Positions 1 to 8,950 of a DNA stretch of 32,000 nucleotides are shown piece by piece. Position 1 is the first letter of the stretch. Each line of letters opens with the position of its first letter. The notes below the pieces were generated by a model. That model saw nothing but the letters and a program-made list of their open reading frames with translations, had not been told where the DNA came from and did no database searches. This DNA comes from Opitutales bacterium. GTDB taxonomy: Bacteria > Verrucomicrobiota > Verrucomicrobiia > Opitutales > Coraliomargaritaceae. The translations under genes were made by a program, and so were the position numbers. The DNA lies in NCBI GenBank assembly GCA_049606355.1, contig JBMYVL010000002.1, positions 229,310-261,309 on the forward strand. Reading direction: 5' to 3'.

Positions 1-278
1 GCCGAAGCAAACTCAAATTCACCTTCGCGTGGCTGAAGGTACTGCATCTTCATACTGTTCTCTGCAGTCAAACAATTGAATTCACCTACCAGTAAAGCCA
101 ACTCACGCTTATCATTTCGAAACAACGAATCGCCATCGATACCGCCTGCCAATACGTTACCAATCAGAAATCGCTCCGCGTAGCGTTCTTTTAATGGAAG
201 ATGTGTTCCACCACCTGCACAGGCCACACCGTGCACAAGAATGAATAAAAATAGGGATAAGTGGATTCCTTTTTGCAT
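1..278 (-). CDS. Glycoside hydrolase family 10 (endo-beta-1,4-xylanase-like), N-terminal fragment; gene runs off the window start
   Basis: Absent from the ORF track because it is truncated. The reverse complement from the ATG (278..276) reads MQKGIHLSLFLFILVHGVACAGGGTHLPLKERYAERFLIGNVLAGG...LLVGEFNCLTAENSMKMQYLQPREGEFEFAS. This is a signal peptide followed by the GH10 hallmark block FNxxTxENxMK...P..G.F.F. It lies 10 nt downstream of the preceding sulfatase gene on the same strand. Confidence 0.7.
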   Translation of the reverse strand, partial: MQKGIHLSLFLFILVHGVACAGGGTHLPLKERYAERFLIGNVLAGGIDGDSLFRNDKRELALLVGEFNCLTAENSMKMQYLQPREGEFEFAS

Positions 279-288
279 AACAAGATCG

Positions 289-1761
289 TTATAGTTTGGG
301 CGTCCCCAAGCGTTCGTGCTTTTTTAAAAAATGCTGATAAGGCATCGTCGCATAACGCTCGACCTCCGCTCGAACCGCGGGGTCATTGAGATCGGGGAAC
401 GGATTTCGTTCCAATGCTTTAAATAGTGCTTCTCTCGCCAATTGGACTTCCTGTGACGAAAAATCGGTCACTAAGGTGTAATCCTTTTTGTGCATCGATC
501 CATTGCATCGATAGAGTCGTCCCTCACGACTGCCGTAAACTGGATCGACCGCCTCTAGCAGCCAATCTTTGGTTCGAACCATGCGCGCGGTTGCAATATA
601 ACTAAGGATGGAATCACGATAGGTATCCACTCGGCCCTGCAAGAAAGCCTTCATACTCACTCCATCGATCGCATAGTCATCTGGAAGATGAATCCCCGCA
701 AAGTCGAGCAAGGTAGGAAACACATCGACAAATTCCATCAACGCATTGGTCGCGCCTCTTTCCGCAACCATTCCAGGGCAATTGACGACAAACGGCACAC
801 GCGGACCCTCCTCGGTAGCGTGCATCTTACTTGCTCCCGAAGTGCCATTATCCGAAGCAAAGATAATAAGGGTATTGTCGCGAAGGCCCAGGCGCTGCAA
901 CGCGTCAATCAAACGTCCAATCATTGCATCTACATACAGATTCAAAGCTTCTAAATTACCTCCCGTATTGCGACCCGGAATGCCGTCAGCGGGAACTGTA
1001 GGCAAGCCGCCACCGGCAATATCGTGGACTAAATTCATCGGGAAATAAGCGAGGAATGGCTGCTCCCGATGACGCTCCATAAAATCTATCAGAAAGTCTG
1101 TATATAGCTCGGGGGCAAAGTCCTCCGCGTCCGTCTCAACCAGTACCCCATTGTGAGTGATGGCTGGATGCCAGAAACGAGATGGTACTGGCTTTGATCC
1201 GGGGAATGCCCACTTCCCCTCAAATAAACCATCAAAGCTCCCATCCGCGGGTAATTTCTCATGCGCATTGATGTGCAGAAAATACTCATCAAAGCCAACA
1301 TACTTTGAGTCTGGCTGGTGGTGGCCTAGGGCCATTTGCTTCCCAGAGATCGCAGTCCGATACCCATGCTCTCTTAAAACACGGGCGAACGTCAAATGCC
1401 CAAGCGCGTAATCCCAGCGACCATAATCCCCCTGTGGGATCCTCAAATCATTATGCCAAACTCCGGTTCGACTCGGATAACGCCCGGTGGTTAACAACGC
1501 GCGCGTGGGTGAGCACATCGGCGTCGCCCAAGCCATGTTAAAAAAAACACCCCCCTCAGCCAAGGTATCCACATGCGGGGTCGCATAGGCAGAATTGCCA
1601 TAGCAACTGAAAGCTTCAGGGCTGATATCATCCACCATGATGATGAGAAAATTCGGCGGCCTTTCCATTTCAGCAGCAGCGACACGCACCCCCGAACAAA
1701 GATTCGCAGCAGTGCAACAGTACACCAGCCATAAAAGTAAGCCTGCTTTGTTTGTCTTCAT
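289..1761 (-). CDS. Exported Cys-type sulfatase (arylsulfatase family S1)
   Basis: 490 aa. It has a signal peptide (MKTNKAGLLLWLVYCCTAANLCSG) and the metal-binding start FLIIMVDDISPE. The formylglycine motif is MCSPTRALLTTGRYPSRTG (C-x-P-x-R), with a later FASDNG block. The ATG at 1761..1759 sits 1 nt after the upstream stop (TAA-A-ATG). Confidence 0.9.
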   Translation of the reverse strand: MKTNKAGLLLWLVYCCTAANLCSGVRVAAAEMERPPNFLIIMVDDISPEAFSCYGNSAYATPHVDTLAEGGVFFNMAWATPMCSPTRALLTTGRYPSRTGVWHNDLRIPQGDYGRWDYALGHLTFARVLREHGYRTAISGKQMALGHHQPDSKYVGFDEYFLHINAHEKLPADGSFDGLFEGKWAFPGSKPVPSRFWHPAITHNGVLVETDAEDFAPELYTDFLIDFMERHREQPFLAYFPMNLVHDIAGGGLPTVPADGIPGRNTGGNLEALNLYVDAMIGRLIDALQRLGLRDNTLIIFASDNGTSGASKMHATEEGPRVPFVVNCPGMVAERGATNALMEFVDVFPTLLDFAGIHLPDDYAIDGVSMKAFLQGRVDTYRDSILSYIATARMVRTKDWLLEAVDPVYGSREGRLYRCNGSMHKKDYTLVTDFSSQEVQLAREALFKALERNPFPDLNDPAVRAEVERYATMPYQHFLKKHERLGTPKL

Positions 1762-1762
1762 T

Positions 1763-3226
1763 TTAAAGGCGAGTTAAGACTACATCGATTTCAGGAGCTG
1801 TGCCTGCATCGGCAACAAAATGACCCAGATACTCATGCCCGTTCAAATTTACGCGCAGTCGGTAGTCCCCGTAAAAACCATTAAACGACAGCGTATTTTC
1901 CTGCGTCAGCTGTCCGTCAACTTCAGTAGTCCACTCATGATTGATCAGTTGATCCAGGACGGCATAGACCGGCTTGGGTGTGCCGTCGGCATCTAATAGG
2001 CCGGCAGGCATCCCTCGCCAGGGATTTAAATCCGTGATCGACCACCACGTGATTGATGCGACCTGCGGATGACTGAACGCCAGGGTATAAAAGTCGCGTG
2101 TTAATGCCGCCTGATAAGCTTCCAACTGTGGCGTGCTGGTCAAGGTAGGGATCGCTGCGCCCTGATCCAGCGCTTGCTGCCAAGCCTTCTCCTGCACATC
2201 AAGGCCCTTCCAGTCTTCAAATCGCCCGCAGCTCAAAATACTCACTTCGGATAAATAAATGGGTTTCTGATACTGCGTATAAACTTCGAGCATGTCCCAC
2301 AGCGCAGCCTCGGAAAAGCTTTGGCTTACGGAATGCATGTGCGTCTGAATACCAATCGCGCCAACATCTGCACCGACCTGCAAGCAATGCTGGATTTGGC
2401 GGTGATAAAAAGGGTCGTCGTGCTGGTAATGGTTGAGAATATAAAAGCCTTCTGGGCGCGAGGCACGAGCGATCTCTAGAATTGCCTCGGTCACATAACC
2501 CGGCCCGGAGGTAAATCGGCCATCCGCCATTTCGTGCCCCATAAACGTCTGCCAGCGGCGCATCCCCGAAGACTCGTCTTTCCAGACAATACCGGGAACT
2601 TCATTGTACAGGTCCCACTCGTCCACCTCAGGGTACTGCTCGATCAGAAATTTAACATGCCGACGTATATCTCGATCGATCGCTCGCACATCGCGCTCTG
2701 CATCGTCAATCCATTCCGGAACCACCTGGTGCCAGACTAACGGGTGCCCCTTCAGGACCATGCCCTGCGCTTTGGCCCACTTTAATAATTCACTGGATAA
2801 AGGTGCCGAATCATAATCCCACTTCCCGCGAATTTTTTCATGGCTCCCCCAATAGAAATTGATCGTGGCGTAGTTAAATAAGCGCGCAAACAGCTGTTTA
2901 AAACGCGCGTACCAGGGCTGCGCCGGCACGCTCCAATCCGCTGCCAAAGAGCCACCAAACAAAAACGCATGTTTCGTTTGCTCTATCTGGTATGTGGCAC
3001 CTGCAGGGATGCTACGTCCACTGCTCTCTTTGATCGTTAACTTAAAATCTCCCTTGCGGTACTTTTCGATACGCTCTTTCGCTCCTTGTAGTTCCCATGG
3101 CACATGCGCCTCAACCACCAGGGGGTGAGCACCGATCTGGCTACTCGTCGAATTTGCCGCGCAGCCGAGCAAGCAAGCAAACTGCAACAAACCAATGATT
3201 GCGTATACCTTGCCCATGGCGTGCAT
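1763..3226 (-). CDS. Divergent GH10-like glycoside hydrolase, probable lipoprotein
   Basis: 487 aa. The signal has a lipobox (FACLLGC). GH10-like blocks are present: GHPLVWHQVVPEW (compare GHTLVWHxQxPxW), WDLYNEVPG (acid/base NE) and PIYLSEVSI (compare ITELDI, nucleophile E). The usual TxENxMKW block is replaced by ATINFYWGSHEK. Confidence 0.65.
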   Translation of the reverse strand: MHAMGKVYAIIGLLQFACLLGCAANSTSSQIGAHPLVVEAHVPWELQGAKERIEKYRKGDFKLTIKESSGRSIPAGATYQIEQTKHAFLFGGSLAADWSVPAQPWYARFKQLFARLFNYATINFYWGSHEKIRGKWDYDSAPLSSELLKWAKAQGMVLKGHPLVWHQVVPEWIDDAERDVRAIDRDIRRHVKFLIEQYPEVDEWDLYNEVPGIVWKDESSGMRRWQTFMGHEMADGRFTSGPGYVTEAILEIARASRPEGFYILNHYQHDDPFYHRQIQHCLQVGADVGAIGIQTHMHSVSQSFSEAALWDMLEVYTQYQKPIYLSEVSILSCGRFEDWKGLDVQEKAWQQALDQGAAIPTLTSTPQLEAYQAALTRDFYTLAFSHPQVASITWWSITDLNPWRGMPAGLLDADGTPKPVYAVLDQLINHEWTTEVDGQLTQENTLSFNGFYGDYRLRVNLNGHEYLGHFVADAGTAPEIDVVLTRL

Positions 3227-3232
3227 TAAAAA

Positions 3233-4972
3233 CTAACGGACCTCTAAGGACATGCTCGCCTCGACTGGCGGATTCACACCATCTGAAACATTTAAAATGA
3301 ATGTGTTGATACCCCGATCCGACGCGGCAGGAGTGCCACTCAAACGTCCATACTGAGCATTGGTCATCTCCAGCCACTCCGGCCCCGAAACCTTGCTGTA
3401 GGTTAAGCGGTCGTCATCCGCATCTGCGACCCTCCAATTGACATAGCTTTGGTAGGCCTCCCCGACAGTTGCAAAGGGCTGGCGAGTTCCTTTCTGGCTG
3501 AAATTCAGCGAGTTCCATTGCGGCGCAGCATTTTCAACCGCACTCGAGCTATCCAACTCGGTGCCGTCGTCGAACGCTAATTTTTCACGGTGCGTTTGGA
3601 GTAGTTGCGCCATTGCCTCTACAACCTTATGATAGCGAGGATCCGCGACCACATTCACGTCCTCGTGTGGATCCCTGCCATGATCAAACAACATACTGCC
3701 CCCATCGCTCCACTCGCTATACTGAAAATTTGCAGTTCGTACCGTCTCTCCCGCATGGTAGCGCCCGAAAATGGCCTGCTTGTGGACACTCTCAGGGTTC
3801 TTCATGGTCGGCACTAAACTTTTACCCTGCAGGTGCGGGGGCAAATTCAAGCCCGCCAATTCACACAAAGTCGGATAGATGTCCACCATCTCCACCAACG
3901 ACTGCACCCTCTGCCCAGCGGTGTAACCGGGTGCACTAATAATTAACGGTGCATGCATCGAGGTTTTAAACAAGGTGTGCTTACACCACAAGGAGTGATC
4001 TCCTAACTGAAAGCCATGATCCCCCCATAGAATAATGATGGTATCATCTAACATCGATTGGGCCTCTAACTCGTCCAACAGACGACCAATCATCGCGTCG
4101 GTGTAAGAGACGCAAGCTAAATAACCGTGCACCAGCGCTTGGGCCATTGCATCGGAAACAGCACCCTGCTTGGGGACGCCGCCATAACTCCGCAATTCAC
4201 CCCAAGTACTCCGGGCGGCATGCGGTGCATCCTCCGGAAAAAATGTGTAATTATGGGGTAGTTCTATGCTGGCTACATCATAGAGATCCCAGTATTTTTT
4301 CGGCGCGATAAATGGTAAGTGGGGTTTAGAAAAACCGGCCGTTAGGAAAAAGGGGCGGTCGGCGACCTTAGCCTCACGAATCTGCTCTATGATCTTGTCG
4401 GTCATTTGACCTGTCGGATAGGCGCTATCAGGTACGTCGGCCGACTCATACGGTGGGCGCAACTCCTTGTTTTCCGGCTTTGCGTAAGCCCTAAAATAAC
4501 TGGCACGGTCAATCACATCCCACGCTTTGGCATTATCATCCGCATGATGATAGATCTTACCCATCGAAAAGGTCTTATACCCACCCTGCTTAAACCAATC
4601 CGCGATGTCGGGCACATTCGGCGCCCCACTGCAGGTGTTGCGTGCATTGTGTCTACTCACGGTCGCTTGATCAAAACGAGACCCATACCAAGTGAAGCGC
4701 TGGTTCGTTGGGTATAAGCCCGACATTAAACTGGCTCTGGATGCACCACACACCGGAACTTGAACATACGCGTTCTCATACAACGTCCCCATCTCGGCAA
4801 GGCGATTGATACTCGGACTACTCACCCGATCGACGCCATAACAACCCAGCTCAGGACGCAAATCATCCACTGCAATAAAAAGTACATGCGGCGTCTTCTG
4901 GTTCGGACCAGCAGATAAGGTCGTAACAGACAGCAAACCGACTAACAGGGATAATAAACAACGAATCTTCAT
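3233..4972 (-). CDS. Exported sulfatase (iduronate-2-sulfatase-like) with a C-terminal cadherin-like/putative-Ig domain
   Basis: 579 aa. It has a signal peptide (MKIRCLLSLLVGLLSVTTLSAG), the block VLFIAVDDLRPELGCYG and the formylglycine motif VCGASRASLMSGLYP, followed by WGDHGF. The C-terminal ~95 aa (ATVGEAYQSYVNWRVADADDDRLTYSKVSGPEWLEMTNAQYGRLSGTPAASDRGINTFILNVSDG) match the dystroglycan-type cadherin-like / He_PIG consensus. Confidence 0.9.
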   Translation of the reverse strand: MKIRCLLSLLVGLLSVTTLSAGPNQKTPHVLFIAVDDLRPELGCYGVDRVSSPSINRLAEMGTLYENAYVQVPVCGASRASLMSGLYPTNQRFTWYGSRFDQATVSRHNARNTCSGAPNVPDIADWFKQGGYKTFSMGKIYHHADDNAKAWDVIDRASYFRAYAKPENKELRPPYESADVPDSAYPTGQMTDKIIEQIREAKVADRPFFLTAGFSKPHLPFIAPKKYWDLYDVASIELPHNYTFFPEDAPHAARSTWGELRSYGGVPKQGAVSDAMAQALVHGYLACVSYTDAMIGRLLDELEAQSMLDDTIIILWGDHGFQLGDHSLWCKHTLFKTSMHAPLIISAPGYTAGQRVQSLVEMVDIYPTLCELAGLNLPPHLQGKSLVPTMKNPESVHKQAIFGRYHAGETVRTANFQYSEWSDGGSMLFDHGRDPHEDVNVVADPRYHKVVEAMAQLLQTHREKLAFDDGTELDSSSAVENAAPQWNSLNFSQKGTRQPFATVGEAYQSYVNWRVADADDDRLTYSKVSGPEWLEMTNAQYGRLSGTPAASDRGINTFILNVSDGVNPPVEASMSLEVR

Positions 4973-5285
4973 AAGCTAGGGGATAAACGTCAAAAGCGAA
5001 AAATGAACCGCACTGTCCTGCAGCAAAGTGTAAAAGCAAAAAACTAACAGTCCTGTAGCGTAACAGCTTTGCAGCGCACTATAAAGAGGTACTAATGACA
5101 ATTATATGTTGAAAAATGAAACTCCACATTCTTCCATAAAACCCTCAATCATTTAAGGACTCGTCACCACAGATGCTGCACGCTGTGTTAACGCGCAGCA
5201 CTCAACCCCACCGAGCAGGCACAGCGCTACAGGATTGACCGCCCCGTGTGGACTCGTTTTAACCCCTATTAGAACTTTATGACTT

Positions 5286-5651
5286 ATGGACCTTCTCGCC
5301 CCAGTCTTGCAACTCGTCCTCGGTCTTGGCATCTTAAATGTGTGGCTGCTACGCCGCAACCAGCCGACCGCTTATCGTGGCGGTGGCGCGCCCTCATTGA
5401 TTGAAGAGTTTCGCGCCTATGGCCTGCCTGAAAGCGTATTTTATTTAGTGGGAGCACTTAAACTCATCGCTGCTGCCCTGCTACTTCTTGGTCTTTCACT
5501 GCCGGCATTGGTCCGCCCGGGCGCCCTCCTTCTGGCCGGATTAATGGCTGCTGCGCTAGCGATGCACCTTAAAATTAGAGACCCGCTGAGCAAATCACTA
5601 CCGGCAGCCAGCCTGCTCGTGTTGTGCATCGTATTGTTGGCCCTTCGCTAA
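5286..5651 (+). CDS. DoxX-like small integral membrane protein
   Basis: 121 aa with four hydrophobic segments. The motif [30 protein letters not shown] resembles the DoxX-like family signature (F..(L/Y)G.P.......G..(K/E)L.......L). ATG at 5286. Confidence 0.6.
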   Translation: MDLLAPVLQLVLGLGILNVWLLRRNQPTAYRGGGAPSLIEEFRAYGLPESVFYLVGALKLIAAALLLLGLSLPALVRPGALLLAGLMAAALAMHLKIRDPLSKSLPAASLLVLCIVLLALR

Positions 5652-5989
5652 GCACTCGCCAGCTGAAGCGCGAGCAGCGCACACAGTACGAGGTAGAGCG
5701 CGGCAGGAGCACACTGCAGCCAATCATCGCCGATTCGTCGGCGCACGATACATCCACAGGCCATCTGCAGGGACAAGCCTGCCGCCGCGACCGCCCCAAC
5801 CTGCGGATAGGCATAGCCAACCAGTAAGCCCACGGCAGCCAGCAACTGCAGGGCTCCGGTGAGCACCCGAAATTGCGGAATGCCGTAGCGCGCAAACTCC
5901 GCAGTCATCTGCGCACTACGCACGCAGCGAACGCCGTAGACGCAGAAGGAAAGGAAACAAAAGGACTGAAGCCAGTGAAGTGCGCTCAT
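5648..5989 (-). CDS. DoxX-like small integral membrane protein (paralog of 5286..5651)
   Basis: The track ORF 5648..6043 begins at a TTG. The first ATG is at 5989 ([15 protein letters not shown]...), giving 113 aa. It carries the same motif as its neighbour: [29 protein letters not shown]. It is convergent with the plus-strand paralog, and the two stop codons overlap (ctaa at 5648-5651). Confidence 0.55.
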   Translation of the reverse strand: MSALHWLQSFCFLSFCVYGVRCVRSAQMTAEFARYGIPQFRVLTGALQLLAAVGLLVGYAYPQVGAVAAAGLSLQMACGCIVRRRIGDDWLQCAPAALYLVLCALLALQLASA

Positions 5990-6067
5990 GGTGTAAAGTG
6001 CCAGACGATGCCATAGGCATATGCGCGCTTGCTTGCAGCGCAAGTCTGAGCCCGCTTTTAGGACTGC

Positions 6068-7618
6068 TTAATGCGCCGACTCGACGGACTCCGCGGTGGT
6101 TGCGCCTACGACTTCGGCCCGAAAGGGAGTTACCGGCAAACCATTGCGATCAAACAAATTGACCACCGGATTATCGGCCCAGCCATAGCGTAGCATTGTC
6201 GGCTCGGCGATTTCGGGGTGAACGACCCGTACCCGATCCTTCGCGACAATCTCAGCCCTAGCTCGATAAAAGCTCCCGTCTGCACCCGCCAGTTCGAAGC
6301 CCTGCACCTCTGCAACGTCAAAGGCGTACAAGCCCTCAGCACTCACATGCTCAAAGCGTACTTCCACAGCAGCGTCCCGCAGCGTTAAGGTCGCAAAGCG
6401 TGGGCTCTCACAGGCCAGCTCGAAGCCATAGGTCTTGGCTAAAGCGTGTCGTGCCAAACGATCCGCTACCGTACGCTTATTACGGGGATGAATATCGCGC
6501 CCTTCACCACAATCAATAATCACCGCCTGCCCGGAGTTGGCCACACTCAAGCTCTCGGTTTGCGCCTCGCGCAACTCAGCCCACGCGCTGCGTTGTTGTG
6601 AGGCGGAGGGCTCCGCCAGGTAATCCGCCAACTGCACCCAATAAAACGGGAAGTCACCTTGCTGCCACTGCTCGCGCCAGGTTGAAATCAATAAGGGGAA
6701 AAGGTGCGCATAATCGCTGGCACGCGCGACATTACTCTCGCCCTGATACCAGATGACCCCGCGCATGCCATAGCCAATGATCGGATGCAAAACGCCGTTG
6801 TACAAATTCGCTGGGCGCTGCTGCCCATCACGAAAATGGTTTGGCCAGGGCGGTGCTTTGCCGACACGGCCATTGGCGTTCCAGGCACGCCAGTTCGCCA
6901 CTCGTTCCGCATGCATGGCATCGGTATAGTTGGCGGCTTTCACATCCCACTCTTCCAGGTGGCTGTGATAGCGCGGATAGGCTTCTAATACCTCACGAGG
7001 CAACCATGCTTCCGCAGAAGAGCCACCCCAAGCATTGTCGATTAACCCGACCGTAACACCTAAGGCGCGTTGGAGGCGTTGCCCGAAATGATAACCTACC
7101 GCCGAGAAGGAGGCCGCGACCCAACGATTGCTGGACTGCCACTTGCCCTTAAAATCCCACTGCGCCTGCTGCGACCCATAGTGGGGCACACTGAGCATCC
7201 GCAGCTGCGCTGAAGCCGCGCCCGTTACCTCTAAATCACCGCCATCCGACTGCGCGACAGACCATTTCATGTTGGACTGCCCGGAACAGAGCCACACCTC
7301 TCCCACCATGACGTCTTCAAAACGCAGCTTTTGCCGCCCCGCGACCTCCAAGGTATAGGGGCCGCCGGCGGGCATCGGCTTCAATTTAACCTTCCAGCGC
7401 CCATCCAGACCTGCATAGGCCGTGGCCTGCTGCCCATTGATGCGGACCGTAATCCGCTCCCCTGGATCTGCCTGCCCCCAAACTGGGTTGAACTGCTGCC
7501 GTTGCAGCACCATGTGGTCACCGAAAATCGCAGGCAGCTTAATTGCAGCGCTCGTCAGTGTCGTCGAGGCGAGTAAACAGAGGAGCGTTTTGAATGGGGT
7601 CGTTCGCAGGAAGCGCAT
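6068..7618 (-). CDS. Exported carbohydrate O-acetylesterase (sialate O-acetylesterase / SASA, SGNH-type)
   Basis: 516 aa with a signal peptide (MRFLRTTPFKTLLCLLASTTLTSAA). The catalytic block GEVWLCSGQSNM (GQSNM serine motif) and the downstream VIWYQGESN are typical of the SASA family. Confidence 0.8.
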   Translation of the reverse strand: MRFLRTTPFKTLLCLLASTTLTSAAIKLPAIFGDHMVLQRQQFNPVWGQADPGERITVRINGQQATAYAGLDGRWKVKLKPMPAGGPYTLEVAGRQKLRFEDVMVGEVWLCSGQSNMKWSVAQSDGGDLEVTGAASAQLRMLSVPHYGSQQAQWDFKGKWQSSNRWVAASFSAVGYHFGQRLQRALGVTVGLIDNAWGGSSAEAWLPREVLEAYPRYHSHLEEWDVKAANYTDAMHAERVANWRAWNANGRVGKAPPWPNHFRDGQQRPANLYNGVLHPIIGYGMRGVIWYQGESNVARASDYAHLFPLLISTWREQWQQGDFPFYWVQLADYLAEPSASQQRSAWAELREAQTESLSVANSGQAVIIDCGEGRDIHPRNKRTVADRLARHALAKTYGFELACESPRFATLTLRDAAVEVRFEHVSAEGLYAFDVAEVQGFELAGADGSFYRARAEIVAKDRVRVVHPEIAEPTMLRYGWADNPVVNLFDRNGLPVTPFRAEVVGATTAESVESAH

Positions 7619-7676
7619 CGTTTAAAGAGGGGTTGGGGATGGATTGAGACAGGCGAAGCTTTCAAAAAGGCAGAAG

Positions 7677-7693
7677 ATTCCCTCCGAGGGAAT
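7677..7693. repeat. Perfect 17-bp palindrome (8-1-8) attccctc-c-gagggaat; function unknown (operator or weak terminator)
   Basis: Read directly: 7677 attccctccgagggaat 7693. It lies in the 196-nt spacer between the regulator stop (7815) and the esterase start (7618). It is about 60 nt upstream of the esterase ATG on the minus strand. Confidence 0.5.
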
Positions 7694-7814
7694 GCAAAAA
7701 TGATTCAGCAGCGTACCGCCCCTGCCTTCCGGCCGCCTTTAATCGAGTATTTCAGTTCAATATTGCTAGGTCGTTTCGCACAGCTCTTTGTTCTCGCGGA
7801 AATCGCCGTGCAGC

Positions 7815-8921
7815 CTAGCTCCTTCCGCGGTACGCACGTGTACCACAGCCATAATGCTTCCGAAAACTATTACTCAAATGCGCAGCATGTGAGAAGCCCG
7901 TCGCTTCGGCAATACGACTTAAATTCCAATCGGTTGCAGTCAACAAAGTCGCAGCCTCACGCAAACGCATACGCATCAATACTTGATGTAAACTCGTTTG
8001 CATAGTCTTGCTGAAGGACTGGTTCAACAAAGTCTTTGAAACCCCCAACATCGCTGCCACTTCAGGCGTTCCTACCTTTTCACTTAAATGCATTTGCAGG
8101 AAGCTCAGCGCTTTACGAACGAGTTCATCCGCGACCGCAAACCCGTCCGTGCTGGCACGCGTGACCACTCCGACTGGCTGTACATACTCAATCGCATCGC
8201 TCGGATCATCAGCGTTCTTCATTAGAGAGTCCAAACGCTTTGCGCCTTGAGCAACGATTTGGTTCGCATTTTTATCGATACTCGAGAGCGGCACCGACTG
8301 CACTTCACAAACCAAGGGGTTATTATCCGTACCAAGGATGGCAAAATCCATTGGCACGTGATAACCCGCATTCTGACACAGATTCGACAACCACCCGGCA
8401 TCGCCATCGTCCATGGCCAAGATGGCACAGGGGCGCTCCAACTGCTGCAGGCGCTGCAACATAAGCTCCGAGCTCTGGCAACCCTTGCCATCCATTCGCT
8501 GCACCTGGTAGCCCCGCTCCGACAAGGCTGATCGATAGCCTGCTAAACGCAAATCGCCATAAGGGGTGCGCGTACTACTGAACCAGGCAAAATTCGTGTG
8601 CTGATAGTGCAACAAATGCTCTGCGGCCAAACGGCCGATGGCTCGGTTGTCGGCTGAAACTCGCGGCAGTTTGAGATCCGTCCGTCCAGTCGAAAGATCC
8701 ACCGCCGGCACGCCCCTAGAGAGGACGTAATCTCCAAGGGCTTTTTCATTTCCGAGTGAACACAGGATTCCCTCCCCACTCCAATTGCGTATCATTCGTT
8801 GGGCCACCAGTAGGTTTGCATCTAAATGCCAATGGTAGCGCTGCGCTGCGGCAACTGCGGCCCGATGTGTCTGCGGATCGTAGGCACTGAGCAAGAGTAA
8901 TACCCGGCGTTGAGTTAACAT
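7815..8921 (-). CDS. XylR-type transcriptional regulator (periplasmic-binding-protein-like sugar sensor domain + AraC-family HTH)
   Basis: 368 aa. The N-terminal LacI/PBP-like fold is indicated by AILAMDDGDAG and FAILGTDNNPLVCEVQSVPLSSID. The C-terminal AraC HTH is indicated by LLNQSFSKTMQTSLHQVLMRMRLREAATLL..TDWNLSRIAEATGFSHAAHLSNSFRKHYGCGTRAYR. It is divergent from uxaC. Confidence 0.85.
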   Translation of the reverse strand: MLTQRRVLLLLSAYDPQTHRAAVAAAQRYHWHLDANLLVAQRMIRNWSGEGILCSLGNEKALGDYVLSRGVPAVDLSTGRTDLKLPRVSADNRAIGRLAAEHLLHYQHTNFAWFSSTRTPYGDLRLAGYRSALSERGYQVQRMDGKGCQSSELMLQRLQQLERPCAILAMDDGDAGWLSNLCQNAGYHVPMDFAILGTDNNPLVCEVQSVPLSSIDKNANQIVAQGAKRLDSLMKNADDPSDAIEYVQPVGVVTRASTDGFAVADELVRKALSFLQMHLSEKVGTPEVAAMLGVSKTLLNQSFSKTMQTSLHQVLMRMRLREAATLLTATDWNLSRIAEATGFSHAAHLSNSFRKHYGCGTRAYRGRS

Positions 8922-8950
8922 CGCTCCAAACTAGCCATCCCGTCTCTTTT

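Noticed and set aside
5153-5359. 68-aa minus-strand ORF overlapping the start of the plus-strand DoxX-like gene
   Set aside because: It is short, has no motif, and overlaps a better-supported membrane-protein gene and its promoter region.
6041-6043. TTG start of track ORF 5648..6043, and likewise the GTG start at 31435 of ORF 29009..31435
   Set aside because: In both cases a downstream in-frame ATG (5989 and 31408) gives a more natural N-terminus, a membrane helix and a signal peptide respectively. I use the ATG starts, but the longer forms cannot be excluded without N-terminal data.
7700-8005. 101-aa plus-strand ORF bridging the esterase-regulator spacer and the regulator 3' end
   Set aside because: Two thirds of it is antisense to the AraC HTH coding region. 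It has no motifs and an unlikely composition.
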